A stretch of DNA of 64,000 bases from the NCBI GenBank assembly GCA_024408655.1, contig JAKSUV010000003.1, positions 74,674 to 138,673 on the forward strand, in the 5' to 3' direction. The notes below the pieces were generated by a model. It worked only from the letters and a program-made list of their open reading frames with translations, searched no databases and was not told the DNA's origin. The translations under genes were made by a program, and so were the position numbers. This document shows, piece after piece, positions 1 to 7,934 of the stretch (the first letter of the stretch is position 1; every line of letters starts with the position of its first letter). Source of the stretch: Bacilli bacterium (lineage in GTDB: Bacteria; Bacillota_I; Bacilli_A; RFN20; CAG-826).

Positions 1-49
1 CAGGCAAGAGCAAACATAGGAACAAAGAAAAGAGTTAACACTGCCTTTT

Positions 50-1165
50 TCATTGGTTACTCTCCTCTTGTCCTGGTAAAGGGTCAATATTATCCTCAAT
101 GTCCTCAGTCTTAAAATGATAAATTGATTCAGTATAACCAATTGTCACAGGATTAATATCCGTGATTGGAACGTTAGGTTGAATTTCTTCGCTTGTAATT
201 GAATCTTCTTCATAAACTCTCGCTTTGTCCACTAAATACCAGGATTGAATTTCGCCTTTCGCTGGTTGTAATTTTAAACACGCGACTTTCATCGTACTAT
301 GAACAGCACGAAACTTCCGGCCATCACGCAATTCATAGATTCCGTCTTTGCTTGGATCTTCCCTTGGATAAGGTATATCTTGATAACTAACTAAAACTAG
401 ATGTCCATCTCTTGTCACACCTGAGTCAGGAGCATCTGTCGGTAATTTGAGATACTCATTTTGGGTAATTTGGGTTTCTAGCAAATCATCTGGATTGTCC
501 GGTTTCGTTTTTTCGTCACTACCATATTTAGCAATTTCTTCATCTTCGATTTTTGGGTCAGCGGTGTTTGTTGTGGTCTTACTTCTTTTACTAACTTTAA
601 AACTTTCCAACGCTCCCCATGCAGTATCGTCATATACTTCATATTCTTTAGGGTAAGAACCAGCGCTTTCATCACCATGCAAATACCAATAAACATCATT
701 TGTTTGCTTAACCGCTACATTACCATAAACATAATTCTTAATGGTGTCGGTATCGCTTTTTAAAATTGCGCGTTTATGAACTGGAAGTGCTGGCGAGACA
801 GCGGATTTATATCCCTGGCTTTGACTATTAAAAGTGGTATCACTCATTTGGTTTAATGAATCATAACCTTGGCGGAATTCATTCGCGAACGCTAATTCAT
901 AGGAACGGTAATGGATTTCGCCATCGCATTTTGTGATGTATTTGTTATAGGGAAAAGGATTTTGCTCATCACCAATTGTCCGGGCTAAAACGGCTAATTC
1001 GGCTTTTGAAATGGTGATTGTCATTTCTTCATCAGGCGCAATGCGCCGCCCAATCCGTTCGTATTCATCGTTAGGGAAGGGATTAGGGAAGTCTAAAGAA
1101 GAGTGTTTTCCACAACTAAAAGTTAACGGGATGAGACAAAAAAGAACACTAAACAACTTCTTCAT
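50..1165 (-). CDS. putative surface lipoprotein, family not recognised
   Basis: 371-aa ORF. The N-terminus MKKLFSVLFCLIPLTFSCGK is a signal peptide plus lipobox (LTFS/C). It ends in TGA. Confidence 0.6.
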   Translation of the reverse strand: MKKLFSVLFCLIPLTFSCGKHSSLDFPNPFPNDEYERIGRRIAPDEEMTITISKAELAVLARTIGDEQNPFPYNKYITKCDGEIHYRSYELAFANEFRQGYDSLNQMSDTTFNSQSQGYKSAVSPALPVHKRAILKSDTDTIKNYVYGNVAVKQTNDVYWYLHGDESAGSYPKEYEVYDDTAWGALESFKVSKRSKTTTNTADPKIEDEEIAKYGSDEKTKPDNPDDLLETQITQNEYLKLPTDAPDSGVTRDGHLVLVSYQDIPYPREDPSKDGIYELRDGRKFRAVHSTMKVACLKLQPAKGEIQSWYLVDKARVYEEDSITSEEIQPNVPITDINPVTIGYTESIYHFKTEDIEDNIDPLPGQEESNQ

Positions 1166-1197
1166 ATAGGTCTATTTAAATTATACAAGTATAATTT

Positions 1198-1695
1198 TTA
1201 TTTGCTATGTTTTTCAATATAAGCGGGAACGTCTTCAAGCTTAATCCCAAGCGCGATCGCTAACTCTTCGTTTAATAGTCGTTCACAGAAAGTGGCGAGG
1301 TTTTGGTCAGTTAAAGGAAGAGATTTCTTCATCTTCGCAAACTCGTTCCGTTTCATATAGACAGTGTGAGCGACACTCGCTAAAGCGGTTAAATCACCTG
1401 ACACAATCATATTCTCAAAATAGGTCTTCCGTTTCCGGTTATCGTTAATCCACACCGTTTTACTCCGGCGGATTTTTTTAATTAATAGCTGGGCGTTCCG
1501 CTTTGAGATATGGGGGCGAATTTGGGTGGCTTTTTCGACCGGAATCCGGATAGTGGAACATTGGGTGTTAAAATAAGGTTTTAAAACATAGTATTTCGTT
1601 TTACCATCACCAAAATCCGCGTTTTCAATCTTTACGACTTTACAAACGCCTTCGTGCCGATGAACGACACAATCGCCAATGGCAAACTTATTCAT
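1198..1695 (-). CDS. CarD/CdnL-family RNA polymerase-binding regulator
   Basis: N-terminal FAIGDCVVHRHEGVCKVVKIE.. matches the CarD_CdnL_TRCF pattern. The first ATG is at 1695; the track start at 1701 is GTG. An extended -10 (TGcTATAAT) lies 10 nt upstream of the ATG and there is no SD. Confidence 0.7.
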   Translation of the reverse strand: MNKFAIGDCVVHRHEGVCKVVKIENADFGDGKTKYYVLKPYFNTQCSTIRIPVEKATQIRPHISKRNAQLLIKKIRRSKTVWINDNRKRKTYFENMIVSGDLTALASVAHTVYMKRNEFAKMKKSLPLTDQNLATFCERLLNEELAIALGIKLEDVPAYIEKHSK

Positions 1696-1740
1696 AGCCA
1701 CTTTTATTATAGCATAAAAGGGCCATGCCGACTTAACTAC

Positions 1741-1763
1741 AAAAAAAGGACCATAGGTCCTTT
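1741..1763 (-). terminator. intrinsic terminator downstream of rpsO
   Basis: The minus strand reads AAAGGACC-TAT-GGTCCTTT followed by TTTT. Confidence 0.75.
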
Positions 1764-1786
1764 AATTGTTAATTTTTTTAACTACA

Positions 1787-2056
1787 TTATTTACGTAATC
1801 TTAAATCTTTAATCAACTTAATGTAGGCGTCACGGTCATGCTCTTCAAGGTAATTGAGGAGCGACTTTCTTTGTCCCACGAGTCGCATTAAGCCCCGATG
1901 GCTTGAATGATCCTTGTGGTTGTTTTTTAAGTGGAGGGTTAATGCATTAATTTGTTCGGTTAATAATGCGATTTGCACTTCCATACTGCCCGTGTCTTTT
2001 TCGTTTTTCGCAAACTTTTTGACGAGGCTCGCTTTCTTTTCCTTACTTAAGGCCAT
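1787..2056 (-). CDS. rpsO: 30S ribosomal protein S15
   Basis: 89 aa with typical S15 strings: GSMEVQIALLTEQINALTLHLKNNHKDHSSHRGLMRLVGQRKSLLNYL. Confidence 0.95.
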   Translation of the reverse strand: MALSKEKKASLVKKFAKNEKDTGSMEVQIALLTEQINALTLHLKNNHKDHSSHRGLMRLVGQRKSLLNYLEEHDRDAYIKLIKDLRLRK

Positions 2057-2181
2057 GTTTTTTTCTCCTTTTCTTTATCTTCGCTACTCCCTAGAAAAGC
2101 GTTGGAGATTCGCTCACCCAAGAAATAGTTGCCTAATTAGAATATGCTTTCTTGTTTAATTTTGCAACTAAAGAAACAACT

Positions 2182-3156
2182 TTACTTTTTATTTAACTTT
2201 GGAAATAAATTTTCTTTTAATGGTAAACACGGTTTAATCTTGTGATTAAAGATTAACGAGAAAGCTAGTAACATCAAATAGGCCATTAAGGAAAAACCAA
2301 TAATATAGAGAATAATAAATACTGGATTAGGCATAAAGGGCTGAATCTGTTTAAGGATTGGAATCACCGTGGGGAAATGCGAAGAAATATAAAACATGTT
2401 AACCACTTGTCCATCCACTCCACTCCGCACCTCGGGCAAACATTGATAAGTCGACTCATTAATAACCACCGCGATTAATACTGTAGCAACAAAAACGATA
2501 ATCGAAGGTAAAAATTGCTTAAGTGTTAATTTCACTCGCCGGTAATAGGCGATATAAATCGCCATCGCAATCATCGCCCCGTGGTGAATCATCGTATGAA
2601 TATTGACGTAGATGATATCGTTAAAAACCGGCACCGGATAGAAATAATTAGCGAGACCAGCAAAGACCATAAAGACAATGGAGAAATTTTCCATCGTGTC
2701 GCGGAGCTTACCATCGTTTAATAAGAACACAAACGGCAGAATATAAAATGGTAATGAACAAAATTGGAAAGGAAAACGGTTCCACCGGTAGGCCTCAGTA
2801 AGAACACCCTTATCGTAATAATAAAAGTAAGTAAATTGGCCAATAAGTTCCAGAACGAAGATAATAAACCAGCCGACAAAAATAATTAAACGGTAAGATC
2901 TTTCGTCCACATGACTAGCGAATTTTAATAAAAGGAAAGTAACAAGTATTAAAATTCCCCACCACATCAAATGGAACCAATGAAAAGGCTTCTGAAACTC
3001 GCCCTTACTCGCTAAAAGCATCGCTAACGGTTCAACTGGTCCTAATAGTTTTAGCATTAACAAAGTAAAGAAGAGTCCAAAAACCGCTACGATAGCAAAG
3101 AAAACGATTAACCGCCAACGGAGTGAGTCGAAATTCTTAGCTATTTTTTGGTTCAT
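2182..3156 (-). CDS. polytopic integral membrane protein, family uncertain
   Basis: 324 aa with about 8-9 hydrophobic segments and no catalytic motif I recognise. Confidence 0.5.
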   Translation of the reverse strand: MNQKIAKNFDSLRWRLIVFFAIVAVFGLFFTLLMLKLLGPVEPLAMLLASKGEFQKPFHWFHLMWWGILILVTFLLLKFASHVDERSYRLIIFVGWFIIFVLELIGQFTYFYYYDKGVLTEAYRWNRFPFQFCSLPFYILPFVFLLNDGKLRDTMENFSIVFMVFAGLANYFYPVPVFNDIIYVNIHTMIHHGAMIAMAIYIAYYRRVKLTLKQFLPSIIVFVATVLIAVVINESTYQCLPEVRSGVDGQVVNMFYISSHFPTVIPILKQIQPFMPNPVFIILYIIGFSLMAYLMLLAFSLIFNHKIKPCLPLKENLFPKLNKK

Positions 3157-3233
3157 ACAACGATAACAAACAAACGAACTAAGTTCGTTCCCTAAAAAAA
3201 TTATACCTTATCCAGCATAGTTTTTCACTAATA

Positions 3234-4115
3234 CTAGCGCTTATTTAAACTAGCAAGGTCAGCGTTAATTTGTTTAATTAATGCTTTCTCGCTACTAAAC
3301 TTTTTTTCTGGACGGAGAAAATCAACAAATTCGATGTACATTTCTTGGTTATATAAATTGCCTTTAAAGTGAGGAATATGCACTTCCACAATTGGGATTG
3401 ATAGTTTATTAACGGTTGGGTGCACTCCGACATTAGCGATGCCTAAGCGAGGAATACCTAATACATAGGTAATAACTTTATAAACCCCAAACCTAGGGAC
3501 AACATAATCATCAAGAATATTAATATTCGCAGTCGGGAAATTTAACGCGGTTCCTTTTTGAAAACCACGCGTCACTCGCCCACGAATTTGGTATGGGCGA
3601 CCTAAATATTCCGCGGCTTTTTTTACATCACCACGTTTAATAAAAGAAGCAATATCATAACTTGAGATTTTCTTATTCGCCTTCTTTACAAATTTTACAA
3701 GATGAACCGGATAATAACGCTTTAAATAGGCGATATTACCTTGCCGGTTTTTGCCAAAGGCAAAGTCGGCACCCGCGAATAAGGCACTGATATTTAAACG
3801 ATCAAAAAACTTTTCTTTAAATTTTTCCCGGGTAATGTTTTTAAATTGGTTATTAAACGGGAAGATAAAAATGTAATCAACCCCAAGCACTTTAAACAAA
3901 TTAACGCGGGCGCTTAAACTCGTAAGATTCTCTCGTCCTTTGACATTACTATCAAAAGTAATGACCCCCACTTTATCTTCACAATGAATCCGCGCTTCGT
4001 TAATCAAGCGTTGGTGTGCAATATGGACGCCATCAAAATAACCTAAACAAAGCGCTAATTTATCTTTAAGTTTCGGTACATTAGTTAAGGAAGCGTTAAT
4101 TTTATAAACTTTCAT
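3234..4115 (-). CDS. ribF: bifunctional riboflavin kinase / FMN adenylyltransferase
   Basis: LCLGYFDGVHIAHQRLI (nucleotidyltransferase motif) plus a C-terminal riboflavin kinase region (GFPTANI, VEVHI). The start is taken at MKVYK (4115) and overlaps the truB stop by 14 nt. Confidence 0.9.
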   Translation of the reverse strand: MKVYKINASLTNVPKLKDKLALCLGYFDGVHIAHQRLINEARIHCEDKVGVITFDSNVKGRENLTSLSARVNLFKVLGVDYIFIFPFNNQFKNITREKFKEKFFDRLNISALFAGADFAFGKNRQGNIAYLKRYYPVHLVKFVKKANKKISSYDIASFIKRGDVKKAAEYLGRPYQIRGRVTRGFQKGTALNFPTANINILDDYVVPRFGVYKVITYVLGIPRLGIANVGVHPTVNKLSIPIVEVHIPHFKGNLYNQEMYIEFVDFLRPEKKFSSEKALIKQINADLASLNKR

Positions 4116-4953
4116 AGTGAAATCCACGTTCACAATAATATAACATATCGCGCTTATTATAAGCGTAAATTGCGACCGCCACACCTTGATGAGTCATAAT
4201 GACATAATCATCGTGACAAGCAAGCTTAACAGGTGCTCCGTTTTTTATTTTTTGATAATCCGGGCATTTAACTTGTTTAAACTTTAAAGCATCTTTAATT
4301 TCAATGACATGCTTTTCTAGTATACATTCAAGTTTCTTACTCTCGGCAATTTTATATTCCCCAATGCCGTTCCGTTCTAAGTTCGATAGATAACCCATTT
4401 CTCCTAATTTCTTAGCGATATCAACCCCCAGCGAACGGATATAGGTTCCTTTATCGACTTTCGCGTAGAAGATAATTTTATTATCTTCATAGTGAATGAG
4501 TTTTATATCGTAGATATGTTGGGTGCGCGCTTTAACTTTAACGGCTTGGTTTTTCCGTGCGTATTCATAAAGCGGCTTCCCTTTTAATTTAATCGCACTA
4601 TAAATAGGTGGCACTTGTTTAATTTCGCCAAGAAAAGACTCTAGAACTTCGCGGATTTCTTCTTTGGTGTGTTTCTTCGGCTTCTTTTGCTTAATGACTT
4701 TACCGGTCACATCGTAAGTATCAGTGGCCTTTCCTAAAGTTAATTCCGCGATATATTCCTTACTTTGATTTTCTAGATAAGGCAAAATCTTGGTTCCTTC
4801 GTTTAGACCAACAATTAAAAGACCGCTCGCGAATGGATCAAGTGTTCCCGCATGACCAACTTTCTTGGTTTTAAATTGGCGTTTTAAAACCCGGATAACA
4901 TCATATGAGGTCATCCCAACCGCTTTCCGTACTAACAAGATGCCATGTTTCAT
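4102..4953 (-). CDS. truB: tRNA pseudouridine(55) synthase
   Basis: MKHGILLVRKAVGMTSYDVI..VGHAGTLDPFASGLL is the TruB motif with the catalytic Asp. The start is taken at ATG 4953. Confidence 0.9.
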   Translation of the reverse strand: MKHGILLVRKAVGMTSYDVIRVLKRQFKTKKVGHAGTLDPFASGLLIVGLNEGTKILPYLENQSKEYIAELTLGKATDTYDVTGKVIKQKKPKKHTKEEIREVLESFLGEIKQVPPIYSAIKLKGKPLYEYARKNQAVKVKARTQHIYDIKLIHYEDNKIIFYAKVDKGTYIRSLGVDIAKKLGEMGYLSNLERNGIGEYKIAESKKLECILEKHVIEIKDALKFKQVKCPDYQKIKNGAPVKLACHDDYVIMTHQGVAVAIYAYNKRDMLYYCERGFHYESL

Positions 4954-4954
4954 A

Positions 4955-4974
4955 TTTAATATTATAATATTAAA
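4955..4974. promoter_or_regulatory. perfect 20-bp palindrome filling the truB / ttcA-like divergent gap, containing TATAAT on both strands
   Basis: TTTAATATTATAATATTAAA is its own reverse complement. It occupies 20 of the 23 nt between ATG 4953 (minus strand) and ATG 4977 (plus strand). Confidence 0.6.
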
Positions 4975-4976
4975 CG

Positions 4977-5717
4977 ATGAAGGCAATTCGGATTATTTTA
5001 GCGGGCGTTCGTAACGCGGATAAGACTTATCACCTCTTTAAGAAGGGCGATAAAATCGTTGTCGGCATTAGTGGCGGCAAAGATTCTTTAGTGCTTTTTT
5101 ACGCTTTAACGCTTTACCAAAAATTCGCCCACACGGATTTTAAAATTTATCCGGTGATGCTTGATCTTGGGTTCCCGAACTTTAACCCCACTAAATTAAA
5201 AACCTGGTTTAAAAAGCTTGGTTATCCATTAATTATTAATGACGCGAGCAATGTTTATCCCATCTTAAAAGCGAACCAAAAACAAAAGAAACACTTACCG
5301 TGTTCTATTTGTTCAAGAATGAAGAAGGCAATTATTAACGCAGTCGCGAAAGATTTGAAATGCAATAAAGTCGCCTTTGCGCACCACATGGATGACGCAG
5401 TAGAAACTTTATTTATGAATATCTTCTACGCGGGTAAGATTGCCACCTTTGAACCCAAGATGCATTTAAGCAACGCGAATATTAATTTCATTCGTCCTTT
5501 AATCTTTTCTAGAGAAATTGATATCGCGCGGTGCGCAAAAGAAGAGAAACTTCCGGTTTTAAAATCTAATTGCCCCGCTGATAAACAAACCAATCGTTAC
5601 GAAATTAAGAAGTGGCTAACAACAATTAGTAAAGATAATCCACTCGTAATGAAAAACGTTTATACTTCCCTAAAAAACGAAAAACAAATTAAACTTTGGA
5701 AACAAGATAACGCCTAA
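4977..5717 (+). CDS. PP-loop ATPase, TtcA-like tRNA thiolation family
   Basis: Carries the SGGKDS PP-loop, CSICSRMKK and a later CPADK cysteine motif; 246 aa. Confidence 0.65.
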   Translation: MKAIRIILAGVRNADKTYHLFKKGDKIVVGISGGKDSLVLFYALTLYQKFAHTDFKIYPVMLDLGFPNFNPTKLKTWFKKLGYPLIINDASNVYPILKANQKQKKHLPCSICSRMKKAIINAVAKDLKCNKVAFAHHMDDAVETLFMNIFYAGKIATFEPKMHLSNANINFIRPLIFSREIDIARCAKEEKLPVLKSNCPADKQTNRYEIKKWLTTISKDNPLVMKNVYTSLKNEKQIKLWKQDNA

Positions 5718-6067
5718 CGACGTTTCATTTTCTTTAACGCCTGCTCATCTTTCTTTAGCAATTCATCCATCTTTTCATCGATGATGAAGCGTTCATCATA
5801 AATAAAACGGATTTCGGGCGTTTTATATAAAGAAATTTTTTGAGCTAATTCGTGACGAAAGTATGGCGCCATCTGAGTAAGCTTCGCAAAAGACTTCTTT
5901 TGATCCTTCGCGTTTAAAAATGAAACATAAACTTTCGCAAAACTATAGTCGTTAGTGACTTCAATCTTATTTACCGAAACAAAACCAATCTTCGCGTTCG
6001 CCGCTTTTAAAACAATATCGCGGATATCGCGGTCAATCATCGCTTTGATTCTTGGCTTCCGGTCCAT
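5714..6067 (-). CDS. rbfA: ribosome-binding factor A
   Basis: 117 aa with ..VSVNKIEVTNDYSFAKVYVSF.. and KTPEIRFIYD, in the position after infB. Confidence 0.9.
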   Translation of the reverse strand: MDRKPRIKAMIDRDIRDIVLKAANAKIGFVSVNKIEVTNDYSFAKVYVSFLNAKDQKKSFAKLTQMAPYFRHELAQKISLYKTPEIRFIYDERFIIDEKMDELLKKDEQALKKMKRR

Positions 6068-6069
6068 AA

Positions 6070-7914
6070 TTACTTAACGGTTTCTTCTTTCATTTCGTAG
6101 GCTTCAATCATGTCGCCTTCGTGAATATCGTTATAACCTAAAATGGTCGCACCACATTCAAAACCACTCTTGACATCACTCGCATCATCTTTAAAGCGTT
6201 TAAGTGAACCAAGTTCACCATCATAAATAACCACGCCATCACGGACAAGATGGACTTTACTTCTCGCTTTGATGTGACCTTCAGTCACATAACAACCAGC
6301 GATGGTAAGTTTATTGGCTTTAAAGAGGTTACGCACCTCCATCTGACCAATGCTCACTTCTTTTAATTCAGGTTTAAGCATACCTTTTAAGGCACCTTCA
6401 ATTTCTTCAATCATCGCGTAGATAATCCGGTGTAAACGAATTTCCACTTTCTCTTCTTCCGCTTTCGCCTTGACGTTTGCGCTTGGACGAACGTTAAAGC
6501 CATAAATAATCGCGTTACTCGCGGAGGCTAAAGCAATATCACTATCGGTGATTGCACCGGCAGTCGCTCGAATCACATTCACCTTAACGCCAGGAATATT
6601 AATCTTATTCACACTGCTTTTTAAGGCTTCACATGAACCGGTTGAGTCCGCTCTAATTAAAAGATTAAGTGCAGTAATTTCGCCTTCTTGGGCTTGTTTA
6701 TATAAATCATCAAGACTCCGTGCCGCACTACCTTGTAAATCATGTTCTTTCTTCGCTAATGAACGCTTAAAGGCAATATCGCGGGCCTCTTTTTCCGTCG
6801 GGAACGCCATAAAGTGATCGCCCGCGTTAGGTACTTCACTTAAACCAGTCACACTCACTGGAGTAGCTGGCGTCGCACTCTTTAACACTTTGTTAAATTC
6901 ATTGACCATCCGGCGGATGTGACCGTAACTCGTTCCCACAACAACATAATCACTATTATTTAAGGTTCCGTTTTGGACTAATAAGGTCGCTTTTGGTCCT
7001 TCGCCCTTATCTAGTTTTGCTTCTAGCACCGTCCCCATCGCGTAGCGATTAGGATTCGCTTTAAGCTCTAAGACTTCACTTAAAGTAATAATACTTTCTA
7101 AAAGATTGTCTAAACCTTTACCAGTTTTTGCACTAATCTCACAGAAAATATTTTCACCACCATATTCTTCGGGAATAATTTCGTGATTCATTAATTCGTT
7201 TTTGACTTTCTCGGGATTCGCACCATCTTTATCAATCTTATTAATCGCTACAATAATTGGCGCTTTTGCGGCCCGTGCGTGATCAATTGCTTCGATGGTC
7301 TGCGGCATCACGCCATCATCGGCGGCGACGACTAAAACCACAATATCAGTGACACTTGCCCCACGACTTCTCATCGCGGTAAAGGCTTCGTGACCCGGAG
7401 TATCAATAAAGGTAATCTTTTTCCCCTTCACATCTTTTTGGTAGGCACCAATGGCTTGCGAAATGCCACCGACTTCTCCTGCGGCAACGTGACTATTACG
7501 AATCGCGTCAATTAAAGTGGTTTTACCATGGTCAACGTGACCCATAATGGTAATGACCGGTGGGCGTTCCACTAAATCTTCTTTCTTATCTTTAATTTCA
7601 ACTTCTTCAAAGTTTTCAGCGCTCACGACTTTTTCTTTCTTGACATCGTAACCAAAGTTTAAGCAAACTTCGCCAATGCTATCATCATCAAGCATTTGGT
7701 TGATCGTTACCATCTTCTTCTGTAAGAAGAAATACTTAATGATATCACTTGGGAGAATGTTGAGTTGTTTCGCGAGTTCCCCAACACTTAATGAGCGAGT
7801 AAACACGAAGACACCATTGTTCACTTTGTTAAAGTTTTTCTTATGGTCTTTATTAAAGCTCACGTTACTAATTCGTTGCTTGTTTTTAAAGTTGTTATTC
7901 TTCATGCCACTCAC
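6070..7914 (-). CDS. infB: translation initiation factor IF-2
   Basis: G-domain motifs GHVDHGKTTL, DTPGH and NKID. A strong SD (AAGGAGGTG) lies upstream. Confidence 0.97.
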   Translation of the reverse strand: MSGMKNNNFKNKQRISNVSFNKDHKKNFNKVNNGVFVFTRSLSVGELAKQLNILPSDIIKYFFLQKKMVTINQMLDDDSIGEVCLNFGYDVKKEKVVSAENFEEVEIKDKKEDLVERPPVITIMGHVDHGKTTLIDAIRNSHVAAGEVGGISQAIGAYQKDVKGKKITFIDTPGHEAFTAMRSRGASVTDIVVLVVAADDGVMPQTIEAIDHARAAKAPIIVAINKIDKDGANPEKVKNELMNHEIIPEEYGGENIFCEISAKTGKGLDNLLESIITLSEVLELKANPNRYAMGTVLEAKLDKGEGPKATLLVQNGTLNNSDYVVVGTSYGHIRRMVNEFNKVLKSATPATPVSVTGLSEVPNAGDHFMAFPTEKEARDIAFKRSLAKKEHDLQGSAARSLDDLYKQAQEGEITALNLLIRADSTGSCEALKSSVNKINIPGVKVNVIRATAGAITDSDIALASASNAIIYGFNVRPSANVKAKAEEEKVEIRLHRIIYAMIEEIEGALKGMLKPELKEVSIGQMEVRNLFKANKLTIAGCYVTEGHIKARSKVHLVRDGVVIYDGELGSLKRFKDDASDVKSGFECGATILGYNDIHEGDMIEAYEMKEETVK

Positions 7915-7934
7915 CTCCTTTATTAGTTAGTTAA

